A stretch of DNA of 43,817 nt. Source: a virus. Below are positions 7,586 to 15,978 of the stretch, piece by piece. The translations under genes were made by a program, and so were the position numbers. Within the stretch, counting starts at the first letter, position 1; the number at the start of each line of letters is the position of its first letter. The stretch lies in the IMG/VR virus record IMGVR_UViG_3300045988_058353; one strand, 5' to 3'. Below the pieces are notes generated by a model. It was not told the DNA's origin. It ran no database searches and worked only from the letters and a program-made list of their open reading frames with translations.

Positions 7586-8194
7586 ATGGCTATTCAAAAT
7601 TATGTAACTTGTAAAGGTAAAGCAATTTATCCCCACCTGCGTACCCCGGATATGTTTGAAGGTAATGACTTAGGCTTTACCATCCGTCTGATGCCCTCTG
7701 TTGAGGATGCACAGAAATTTGAGGAGTTCCTGCTGCGTGAACTGGACAAAGCTGCTGCATTGCCGGAGTTTGCTGGTAAGCGTCTGAACGCTCCTAATGC
7801 TCTGATTGGTATGGGTGAAACCAAAGAGGGCGATACTGTGTTTAAATTCAAGACCAAATCCTCTTATCGTACTAAGAGTGGGGACATTATGAATCGTGTT
7901 GTTCCCATCTATGATTCCCAGGGTAAACCCTTGCCGAAAAATGTCGATATTGGTCATGGGTCTATTGTAAAGGTTGCTTTCTCTATTCAGCCTTACTACA
8001 AGACCAAAACTATCAGAGGTCTGACTTTGTATCTCAATGCTGTTCAAGTCCTGGAACTTGTTGAGCGTGGTGATGCTGATGCTGCGTCCTTTGGTTTTGG
8101 TGCTGAGGAAGGTGGCTATGTTGCCCCGGCTGTTCCGAATGAGGATGAAGATGAGATTCCGTTCCTTAATAACACGGAAGGAGCTGACTTCTAA
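7586..8194 (+). CDS. T7 gp2.5-like single-stranded DNA-binding protein
   Basis: Co-linear with remembered T7 gp2.5 (GDTVFKFKTK..., VPIYDSQGKP, GSIVKVAFSIQPY, LNAVQVLELV). Has an acidic C-terminal tail ending ...EDEDEIPF...GADF. Confidence 0.85.
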   Translation: MAIQNYVTCKGKAIYPHLRTPDMFEGNDLGFTIRLMPSVEDAQKFEEFLLRELDKAAALPEFAGKRLNAPNALIGMGETKEGDTVFKFKTKSSYRTKSGDIMNRVVPIYDSQGKPLPKNVDIGHGSIVKVAFSIQPYYKTKTIRGLTLYLNAVQVLELVERGDADAASFGFGAEEGGYVAPAVPNEDEDEIPFLNNTEGADF

Positions 8195-8646
8195 TAGCTA
8201 CCTCTAAGGCAGCTTTTAGTAGACGTGGTGGTTACCACACGATTCACTCCACGTATCGCAGCGGTTTAGAAGATAACATTGCTGAACAATTAAAAAGTGC
8301 AGGAGTAAAGGCAGCGTATGAAAACTATATGCTGCCTTATATTATTCCTGCGACTAAACACAATTATACCCCAGACTTTGTGTTACCGAATGGTATCATC
8401 GTGGAAGCAAAGGGTATCTTTGATGTGGCAGATAGGCAGAAACACATCCTCGTGAAGAAGCAATACCCACACTTAGAGATTAGATTTGTGTTTAGCAACC
8501 CGAAAACAAAACTCTATAAGGGTAGTAAAACAACTTATGCTATGTGGTGCGAAAAGCATGGCTATAAGTACGCAAAAGGCTACATCCCCGATAGCTGGTT
8601 ACACGATAAACATCACTACTCCCTGGAAGGTTTAGAGAGAAAATGA
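8194..8646 (+). CDS. T7 endonuclease I (gp3)-like Holliday-junction resolvase; start probably non-canonical (ATA 8194 or ATT 8242)
   Basis: YRSGLEDNIAEQLKSAGVKAAYENYMLPYIIPATKHNYTPDFVLPNGIIVEAKG...RFVFSNPKTKLYKGSKTTY matches T7 gp3. Homology begins about 24 codons upstream of the first ATG (8329). No ATG, GTG or TTG occurs in frame after the stop at 8185. Confidence 0.8.
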   Translation: MATSKAAFSRRGGYHTIHSTYRSGLEDNIAEQLKSAGVKAAYENYMLPYIIPATKHNYTPDFVLPNGIIVEAKGIFDVADRQKHILVKKQYPHLEIRFVFSNPKTKLYKGSKTTYAMWCEKHGYKYAKGYIPDSWLHDKHHYSLEGLERK

Positions 8647-8987
8647 GTGTGATTGAGTTCCGTAAAAGGGAAGTTACTGAACATATTGTGATTCTTATTA
8701 AAGACACCTGCTGTGTGTCTTATGAATCCTTTTATAAGTTCCGTAGACGTATGGGTGAGCTTGATGCAGGTGTCCATTATTTTGTGGATGCTGATGGTAC
8801 TTTACACGTAGCACGCAAAGATGACTGTGTTGCAGGTTGGGAACACAACGATAATACTTCTGTGTACATCCTAGCTCAAAGTAACACAAAGAAACTAACA
8901 AGTAGTCAGCGATATGCTTTATCGCCTTTACTTACTGATTTAACTAAAAGATACCCTAATGCAAAGATAACTGAAAGGACTGAATAA
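8643..8987 (+). CDS. Truncated, probably amidase-inactive homolog of T7 lysozyme (gp3.5)
   Basis: Aligns with T7 gp3.5 (V.F..RE.T..I; LD.G.HYF.D.DGT; T..Q...L..LL..L...Y). It lacks the positions remembered as zinc ligands and ends before the AHHEVAPKACP-type C-terminus. Confidence 0.55.
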   Translation: MSVIEFRKREVTEHIVILIKDTCCVSYESFYKFRRRMGELDAGVHYFVDADGTLHVARKDDCVAGWEHNDNTSVYILAQSNTKKLTSSQRYALSPLLTDLTKRYPNAKITERTE

Positions 8988-8989
8988 TC

Positions 8990-10636
8990 ATGGATAACGC
9001 CAGTGAAATTGTTGCAGCACACCAACCTTGTCCAGATTGCGGAAGCCACGATGCGCTGGCTGTGTATTCTGATGGTAGTACCTATTGTTTTTCGTGTGAA
9101 ACAGCACATCAAAATGTAACTGACACACGGATAGAAGAAAGAAAAGTTGTCGGTCATAACTTAATTCCTCCCTCTGATATGACCTTTGAACCTCTTAGAA
9201 CGAGATGTATCGAAGAAGCAACGTGCCGTAGATATGGTTACTATGTAACTAACTACAATGACCAACCCTGTCAAGTCGCTTGCTACTATGATGACAACGG
9301 AAACATGGTGGGTCAGAAGTTGCGCTTCAAGGATAAGCATTTTGCTATCCTCGGTAAAATCTCTAAGAGGTTCTTTGGTCAACATCTTTTCAATAGTGGT
9401 AAAAGATTGGTAGTCACAGAAGGTGAGATTGACTGTCTGACTGTTTCTCAAATTGGTGGTAATCGTTACCCTGTTGTATCTATACCGAATGGTTGCGCAT
9501 CCGCTAAGAAAATCTTCAATGAGAACCTTGAATGGCTCAGTAACTTTGAAGAAGTGATTGTGATGTTTGATATGGATGAACCAGGAAGAAAAGCTGTTGA
9601 GGATGTGTGTCGCATTTTGCCCTATGGCAAACTCAAAATAGCTAACCTACCACTGAAAGACCCTAATGAGTGCTTGCAGGAACATCGTGCAGGAGCTGTT
9701 CTTGATGCAATTTTCCAGGCAAAATCATACAAACCAGATGGAATTATCAATGGTGATGAGCTGTGGGAAGTGTTGCGTGATGAACCGGACACAGAGCAAG
9801 GTTTTTCTTTGCCCTGGGATATTCCGTTGCAAGAGAAAACACAAGGCTTACGCAAAGGTGAGCTTATTGTAATAACGGCTGGTACAGGTGTAGGTAAGAC
9901 CACATTTGTACGTCAGATTGCCTATCATTTAGGTGTCAACTTGAACCTAAAAGTTGGTATGTTGATGCTCGAAGAAAACATTAAGAGAACTGCTAAAGGA
10001 CTGATGGCTGTCCATGCAGGTAAAAGGTTGGCACTGAACCGCCACCTCGTTACCGACGAAGAATACGAACAAATCTACAAGGAAACACTTGGTAATGGTA
10101 ATTACGTGTTCTTTCAACATTTCGGAAGTCTTGAAGCAGACAATTTGATGAGTAAAATCCGCTACCTTGCTGTTGCTGAACAGTGTGACTTCATTGTGTT
10201 AGACCACATCACTATTGCTATTAGTGGTTTGGATATTGACAATGAGCGCAAAGCGACTGACGTTCTGATGACCCAACTGCGTTCTCTCGCTGAGGAAACA
10301 GGTGTGGGAATGTTGATTATCAGTCACTTGAAGCGTGTTGAAGGCACACCAGCCGAAGAAGGTGGCGCAATATCTCTTAGTCACCTGCGTGGTTCACAAG
10401 GTCTTGCACAGCTCTCTGATGGTGTGTGGGCGTTGGAGCGTAACCAACAGGATGATGATGAAAACAAGAAAAATACTGTAAGGATTCGTGTGTTAAAGAG
10501 TCGACACACAGGAGAAACTGGTATCGCAGGTTATCTGAGGTATGATAAAGATACTGACCGCCTTGAATCAACTAATGCACCCAGGAATATCAATCCTTTT
10601 GAAAGTGGTGGTGACGATGAAGAAGGTGACTTCTAA
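8990..10636 (+). CDS. T7 gp4-like bifunctional primase-helicase
   Basis: Has a Cys4 zinc ribbon (CPDCGS...CFSC), TOPRIM (VVTEGEIDCL, MFDMDEPG), Walker A (GTGVGKT), and an acidic tail ...GGDDEEGDF. Confidence 0.95.
   Translation: MDNASEIVAAHQPCPDCGSHDALAVYSDGSTYCFSCETAHQNVTDTRIEERKVVGHNLIPPSDMTFEPLRTRCIEEATCRRYGYYVTNYNDQPCQVACYYDDNGNMVGQKLRFKDKHFAILGKISKRFFGQHLFNSGKRLVVTEGEIDCLTVSQIGGNRYPVVSIPNGCASAKKIFNENLEWLSNFEEVIVMFDMDEPGRKAVEDVCRILPYGKLKIANLPLKDPNECLQEHRAGAVLDAIFQAKSYKPDGIINGDELWEVLRDEPDTEQGFSLPWDIPLQEKTQGLRKGELIVITAGTGVGKTTFVRQIAYHLGVNLNLKVGMLMLEENIKRTAKGLMAVHAGKRLALNRHLVTDEEYEQIYKETLGNGNYVFFQHFGSLEADNLMSKIRYLAVAEQCDFIVLDHITIAISGLDIDNERKATDVLMTQLRSLAEETGVGMLIISHLKRVEGTPAEEGGAISLSHLRGSQGLAQLSDGVWALERNQQDDDENKKNTVRIRVLKSRHTGETGIAGYLRYDKDTDRLESTNAPRNINPFESGGDDEEGDF
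9117..9142 (+). promoter_or_regulatory. Phage-RNAP promoter, consensus copy, inside the primase-helicase gene
   Basis: TAACTGACACACGGATAGAAGAAAGA, translated as VTDTRIEER. It lies just after the zinc ribbon and upstream of in-frame Met64 (ATG 9179). Confidence 0.7.
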
Positions 10637-10808
10637 AAACACAAGTAAAAGAAAACAACATTATCGTAAGAACACATTCAAATTAGCTGAGTGTGTTTCA
10701 ATGATGGATTTATTAGAAGCTGACGTTGACCACGTTGGCTTATTTTTCTATGTAGCTGATAAAGTCATGGAGGTTAGAGAACATGAAATTGCCCGTTGTC
10801 AACATTAG
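10617..10808 (+). CDS. Hypothetical small basic protein (63 aa)
   Basis: In-frame ATG within track ORF 10542-10808, with a weak GGTGG SD. It overlaps the helicase end and the nrdG start. Confidence 0.3.
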   Translation: MKKVTSKNTSKRKQHYRKNTFKLAECVSMMDLLEADVDHVGLFFYVADKVMEVREHEIARCQH

Positions 10809-11283
10809 CGTGAGCTTAAATGAGATTCCGAACCATATCGCTGTTGCTGTTGAACTTGGTAACTGTAAACAGAAGTGTCACGGCTGTCATAGCGAATGGC
10901 TTTCTATTCCGCTACCTAAGAAAAGTTGGATGGAATTGGAAACTCTGATGTATCAAATCAATAAGCAAGTGAAACAAGGTGCAGATGCTATTGTGCTGAT
11001 GGGTGGTACACATAATGGTGTATCAACTGCTGAACTTATTGAAGCTATTAACATCTTGTCACACTATGCTCCTATTGGTCTGTACAGTGGACTGCCAGAG
11101 AAAGCTGAGGTACACAAGCGACTGATGAGTGCTGATGTAAAACTATCTTGGCTTAAAGTAGGCAACTACGATGCTAAATGTGGCGATTTAACTTCTCCTA
11201 ACACCAATCAACACTTCTACCAGAAGAATGGGGAAGGTACATGGGAAGATATTACATTCCTGTTTTGGGATGAACAACATTGA
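10783..11283 (+). CDS. nrdG: Anaerobic ribonucleotide reductase activating protein (radical SAM)
   Basis: GGAGG SD. Contains the CX3CX2C cluster motif CKQKCHGC. It is adjacent to nrdD. Confidence 0.8.
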   Translation: MKLPVVNISVSLNEIPNHIAVAVELGNCKQKCHGCHSEWLSIPLPKKSWMELETLMYQINKQVKQGADAIVLMGGTHNGVSTAELIEAINILSHYAPIGLYSGLPEKAEVHKRLMSADVKLSWLKVGNYDAKCGDLTSPNTNQHFYQKNGEGTWEDITFLFWDEQH

Positions 11284-11297
11284 GTATTAATACTCAA
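11280..11297. repeat. 18-bp palindrome, copy 4 (perfect)
   Basis: Its TGA is the nrdG stop codon. Confidence 0.9.
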
Positions 11298-11318
11298 CTA
11301 TATGAAAGAGGATTGATA

Positions 11319-13082
11319 ATGGATATTAATAAGAAAATTGATTTCATTCACAATTTTATTAGAGCGTCCAATCCTGCTACTGGTAGTGAAGTTGATAGTA
11401 ACGCTAATGTTACTGTCAAGTCACTGGCGGTAATGGAAGCGGAACTCTTTAAGCGTGAATTTATTAACGTAAACCGAGCTATGGTGATGCGAAAGCTGGA
11501 AGCTATGTATGGTTATGAGATGGCTAAGCAATACTATAAAGATATTGAAGAACACCTAATCTACATCCATGATGAAACCAGCTTGCGTCCTTACTGTGTT
11601 TCTGTGTCGCTCTATCCGTTCCTGCTTGAAGGCACGAAGAATCTCGGTGGTACTTCTAAAGCTCCTACGAATCTCCAAAGTTTCTGTGGTAGCTTTGTGA
11701 ACCTAATCTACCAAATTGCTAGTGACTTTGCCGGAGCTGTTGCGACTGTTGAGTTCTTGATGTATTTCGATTACTTTGCGCGCAAGCAATATGGCTATGG
11801 TTATCTTGCACATCACTACAAAGAGATTGCACAAGAGTTTCAAGGTGTTGTATATGCCATGAACCAACCTGCTGCTGCTCGTGGTAGTCAGTCTGTGTTC
11901 TGGAACATTTCTGTGTTTGACGAAAAATACTTTGAATCACTGTTTGGCAACTTCTATTTTCCAGATGGTACTAAACCCGATTACAACAGTGTACGTCAAT
12001 TACAAGAGATGTTTTTATATTGGTTCACCCAAGAGCGCACTAAAGAGCTGCTAACATTCCCGGTGCTGACTGCTGCATATCTCGTGGATAAAGATAAACG
12101 CAAGCCGATTGACACAGGTTTTGAATACGTTCTTGCTAAAGCTATGAGTGACGGACTGAGCTTTTTCCACTATGAATCTGATAGTGCTGATAGCTTAGCT
12201 TCTTGCTGCCGACTGCGTAACGAATTGGCAGACAATACATTCTCTTATACCCTTGGTGCAGGTGGTGTATCTACTGGCAGCTACCAAGTAATCACCATCA
12301 ACTTTAATAGGATGTATCAACGTGGTTATGAATTAAGTCATGTGGTAGAGCGAGTACACAAGTATCTGATGGCTTTCCGGGCAATTATCTCTGAGTACAT
12401 TGAAGCTGGCTTGCTGCCGACATACAGTGCAGGATACATCAGCTTGGATAAACAATTCGGTACTATTGGTATCAATGGTGCTCTGGAAGCCTATGAGTAT
12501 ATGCGTGCTAACGGCTACCAAAACACTTTTAAAGAGCATTTGCAGATGGACTTGTCTATCATCAAAACTCTCAATAAAGAAGCACTCGTTCAGTATGGTG
12601 TACGCTTTAATACTGAGTTTGTACCTGCTGAAAACCTTGGTGTCAAGAACGCTAAATGGGACAGAGAAGATGGCTTGTACGTTCCTCGTGATTGTTACAA
12701 TAGCTACTTCTATCCTGTGGAAGATACAAACTTGACTATTCTGGATAGACTTGATGCACACGCTTGGGATGTATCTCAATACCTCGATGGCGGTGCAGCT
12801 TGCCACCTTAATTTGGAGCAACTGCCCACCCCGACACAAGCTGTTAAACTTATTGAGCTTGCTGCTAGGATGGGTGTACCTTATTGGACTACCAATGTAC
12901 TGTGTACGATTTGTAAAGACTGTGAACGAATTGACCCTGTAACACGCCAGACCTGCAAATACTGCGGTTCTAAGAATCTCGATTATGGCACACGTGTTAT
13001 TGGTTACTTGAAGCCTATTTCAAGTTTTTCTGAGGGTCGACAAAAGGAAGCTGCTATGCGTTCCTATATGAAAGGAGTTTAA
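11319..13082 (+). CDS. nrdD: Class III (anaerobic) ribonucleoside-triphosphate reductase
   Basis: Has a C-terminal Cys4 (CTICKDC...CKYCGS) followed by the glycyl-radical motif TRVIGYL. The start was moved to ATG 11319 (AGAGGA SD), because the track TTG start at 11280 lies inside the palindrome. Confidence 0.9.
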   Translation: MDINKKIDFIHNFIRASNPATGSEVDSNANVTVKSLAVMEAELFKREFINVNRAMVMRKLEAMYGYEMAKQYYKDIEEHLIYIHDETSLRPYCVSVSLYPFLLEGTKNLGGTSKAPTNLQSFCGSFVNLIYQIASDFAGAVATVEFLMYFDYFARKQYGYGYLAHHYKEIAQEFQGVVYAMNQPAAARGSQSVFWNISVFDEKYFESLFGNFYFPDGTKPDYNSVRQLQEMFLYWFTQERTKELLTFPVLTAAYLVDKDKRKPIDTGFEYVLAKAMSDGLSFFHYESDSADSLASCCRLRNELADNTFSYTLGAGGVSTGSYQVITINFNRMYQRGYELSHVVERVHKYLMAFRAIISEYIEAGLLPTYSAGYISLDKQFGTIGINGALEAYEYMRANGYQNTFKEHLQMDLSIIKTLNKEALVQYGVRFNTEFVPAENLGVKNAKWDREDGLYVPRDCYNSYFYPVEDTNLTILDRLDAHAWDVSQYLDGGAACHLNLEQLPTPTQAVKLIELAARMGVPYWTTNVLCTICKDCERIDPVTRQTCKYCGSKNLDYGTRVIGYLKPISSFSEGRQKEAAMRSYMKGV

Positions 13083-13085
13083 ATA

Positions 13086-13280
13086 ATGTTTGAAATTTTA
13101 TCTTATCTTGTGAAAGTTCTTACTGACCTGCTGTTCTGGATGCAGAACAAAGAGCAGGATGCAGCGGTTCGCCGTATCGCAACTATCAACAAAGTCATCA
13201 ACGCTTATGCAAAGAGCATTGAGCGTTTGGAGAAAGAAAGAGAAAACGTAGAAAAGAAATATTTTTCTGAGGGTGAATAA
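13086..13280 (+). CDS. Hypothetical small protein
   Basis: 64 aa, tightly packed between nrdD and the DNA polymerase gene. Confidence 0.5.
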   Translation: MFEILSYLVKVLTDLLFWMQNKEQDAAVRRIATINKVINAYAKSIERLEKERENVEKKYFSEGE

Positions 13281-13282
13281 TC

Positions 13283-15007
13283 ATGCTTGCCTTTTTCGAT
13301 ATAGAAACCAATGGGTTGTACTATGACGTAACAAAGGCACATTGCATGGTAATCATCTTTGATGACAATGGAAAACTGACCACTAAGAAATACCGCCCTA
13401 ATGAAGTGGAGCAAGGTGCAAAAGACCTGCTTTCTGTGCTTCAAAAGGGTGGTTTTATTATTGGTCACAATGTTATTAACTACGATATTCCTGTTCTTGA
13501 AAAACTGTTCCCAACATCTTTCGTGTTACCTCGTGAACTTAGACCGCAGGTGATTGACACCCTTGTGCTATCACATTTGATGTTCAGTGACATTGCCGAT
13601 AAGGATTATGGACTTGTCCGTTCCAACAAGCTACCTGCTAAACTGATTGGTTCACATAGCTTGAAGGCTTGGGGTTACCGCTTAGGTGAACTCAAAGGCA
13701 CTTATAGTGAGGAAACGGAAGATGCTTGGGCAGACTTCAATGAGGATATGTTGTCCTACAATGAGCAGGACGTTGTTGTAACACGTGCTCTGTACAACTA
13801 TTTCAACACAATAAATTACCCTCCTGCAGCTATCACTCTGGAACATGAAGCTCAGTGGCTGATGGCGCAACAGGAGCGCAATGGCTTTACTTTTGATGTG
13901 TTCAAAGCACAAGAATTAGAGCTTAAATTACGTGGTCGACACGCTGACTTGAAAGCAATGTTGGTTCAGAAGTTACCACGTATTCCAGATAAAATCTTTA
14001 TTCCGAAGCGTGATAACAAACGTCTTGGTTACAAGGCTGGTGTTCCGATTCAACGATATAAAGATTTGAACCCTAATAGTCGCCAACAGATAGAGTGGAT
14101 AATCACACAGCATTTTGGTTACAAACCGAACAATGCTGAACTCTTTGAAGATGAGCGATTGAAGATTGATGATATTACCTTTGCATACATCAAAGCTGAC
14201 TTAGATGCACCTGCTGAACTGCGTGAGATTGCAGGAGTCATGGAAGAATACTTGATGCTCTCTAAGCGTCTTGGGCAACTCATTGACGGCAAGTGGGGTT
14301 GGCTTAAATGTGTTCGTGAAGATGGACGTATTCATGGTTGTGTTAACCCCTGTGGAGCTGTCACAGGTAGAGCAACGCATAGTAGTCCTAATGTAGCACA
14401 AGTTCCTGCTGTCGGTAGTCCTTATGGTCACGAGTGCAGAGAACTGTTCACTGTGCCTACCGGGTGGTATCAAGCTGGCGTGGATGCTAGTGGTTTGGAG
14501 CTGCGTTGTTTGGCGCACTTTATGTACCCATATGATAACGGAGCGTATGCTCACGAGATTCTTAATGGTGACATACACACCGCCAACCAGAAAGCAGCAG
14601 GTCTACCAGAAAGAAACCAGGCTAAGACGTTTATCTACGCCTTTTTGTATGGAGCTGGTGACGAGAAGATAGGCAAGATTGTTCATGGTGATGCAAAGGA
14701 TGGCAAGCGTTTGAAGAAAGAGTTCTTAAACAAAACACCAGCTATCGCAGAACTTAGAGCTGCCATTGAGAATACTTTGGTTGCACAACGAGGTTTCAAA
14801 GGTGAAATCAAAAAGTGGAAGCGGAAGTATCTTAAAGGTTTGGATGGCAGACCTTTGCACGTGCGTTCTTTACACAGTGCATTAAATCTGCTGTTACAAT
14901 CCGCAGGTGCATTAGTATGCAAAAAGTGGATGTGCTTATGGGAAGAAAATTTAATAAAAGCAGGTTATGAACATGGGAAAGATTTTCAGTTCATGGCTTG
15001 GGTGCAT
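13283..15007 (+). CDS. T7 gp5-like family A DNA polymerase, exon 1 (through ...FMAWVH of motif C)
   Basis: Co-linear with T7 gp5: exo motif FDIETNG, KAWGYRLGELKG, NGAVTGRATHS, GLELRCLAHF, AHEILNGDIHT, KTFIYAFLYGAGDEKIG. Homology breaks after WVH; the track tail KLPRCAPKIV is intron-encoded. Confidence 0.9.
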
Positions 15008-15638
15008 AAACTCCCTCGTTGTGCACCTAAAATTGTGTGAAATCAGAGAAAGCCTTATAGGTCAATTCTGAGCTAAGCTAGGAGGTAATTTATGCGTGGG
15101 AAACCACTTGTATTAAAACAACTTGACAATGGTTGCATAATTCCTCTCTCACATAAATTGAATAAGGACGGGTATTTCAGAACACATGACCCTCGGTATA
15201 AGGGCAAAGGACGTTCACCACTAATTATGTATCACAGATACGTATGGGAAGAAAATCATGGTGCGATTCCTGTTGGTTATGAAATTGACCATTTATGTCA
15301 CAACAGAGCGTGTTGTAATATTGAGCATTTACAATGTATTCCTATTGTTGCTCATAAAGTTAAACATAATACCACACGTTATGCTGACAGAAAACAAGCT
15401 GCTAAGGAATACTGGCTATCTCATGTTGAGATTACTGGTACTGCCTTAGCTTCCTTATTTAATGTGAGTTTCGGTTCTGCTTGTAAGTGGATTCGAGAAT
15501 GGAAAGTGCAGAGACTATCCGAAACGGAGTAGGTGTAGAGGGTGAGATTCCCTCTATTGCCGAAGCGCACAACAATGTGACCCACATACACATTGATGAT
15601 ATAGTCCGACACTTCTAGTAATAGAAGAATACAGTAAG
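15008..15638 (+). mobile_element. Group I-like intron carrying an HNH homing endonuclease, inserted in DNA polymerase motif C
   Basis: The 631-nt insert separates WVH from DEGQLACRT. The last exon-1 base is T (15007) and the last insert base is G (15638), fitting group I splice rules. Structured elements include CTTCTA-GTAA-TAGAAG (15612-15627) and AGAGGG-TGAGATT-CCCTCT (15537-15555). Confidence 0.7.
15092..15532 (+). CDS. HNH homing endonuclease (intron ORF)
   Basis: AGGAGG SD. HNH motif YEIDHLCHNRACCNIEHLQ...AHKVKHN, with a C-terminal HTH-like segment. Confidence 0.85.
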   Translation: MRGKPLVLKQLDNGCIIPLSHKLNKDGYFRTHDPRYKGKGRSPLIMYHRYVWEENHGAIPVGYEIDHLCHNRACCNIEHLQCIPIVAHKVKHNTTRYADRKQAAKEYWLSHVEITGTALASLFNVSFGSACKWIREWKVQRLSETE

Positions 15639-15794
15639 GATGAGGGTCAGTTAGCTTGTAGAACACATGAGATTGCTGAGGATGCAGTCCGTATTGCCCA
15701 AGAATCTATGCGAGAAGCACAACACTATTTTCATTTCAGAGTGCAGCTTGATACAGAAGGAAAGATTGGTAAGAACTGGTCTGATTGTCATTGA
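15639..15794 (+). CDS. DNA polymerase exon 2
   Basis: DEGQLACRTHEIAEDAVRIAQESMREAQHYFHFRVQLDTEGKIGKNWSDCH* aligns with the T7 gp5 C-terminus DEIQVGCRTEEIAQ...LLDTEGKMGPNWAICH*. Confidence 0.85.
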   Translation, partial: DEGQLACRTHEIAEDAVRIAQESMREAQHYFHFRVQLDTEGKIGKNWSDCH

Positions 15795-15808
15795 GGATTA
15801 ATACTCAA
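15791..15808. repeat. 18-bp palindrome, copy 5 (TTGAGGATTAATACTCAA, one mismatch)
   Basis: Its TGA is the DNA polymerase stop. It is followed by TTTTGG. Confidence 0.85.
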
Positions 15809-15825
15809 TTTTGGAGGTGTAGTAA

Positions 15826-15978
15826 ATGCCTAAGAAACTTAAAGGTATCTTCTGTCCTAAATGTCGGAAGAAGCTCATTAAGGAAGCATATGTTGACATA
15901 GTAATCACTTGTTCCTGTGGTCATCAACTGAAAGTGAGAGGTACACAATGTTTAGTTTCCCAACAATCCTGTTTGTAA
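15826..15978 (+). CDS. Small zinc-ribbon protein (50 aa, not in the ORF track)
   Basis: GGAGG lies 8 nt upstream. Motif CPKC...CSCGH. Confidence 0.4.
   Translation: MPKKLKGIFCPKCRKKLIKEAYVDIVITCSCGHQLKVRGTQCLVSQQSCL

Noticed and set aside
8186-8196. Possible -1 frameshift fusing the SSB to endonuclease I
   Set aside because: A stop at 8185-8187 in the endonuclease frame leaves only about 5 nt for slippage, with no slippery heptamer. The SSB also needs its free acidic ...ADF terminus.
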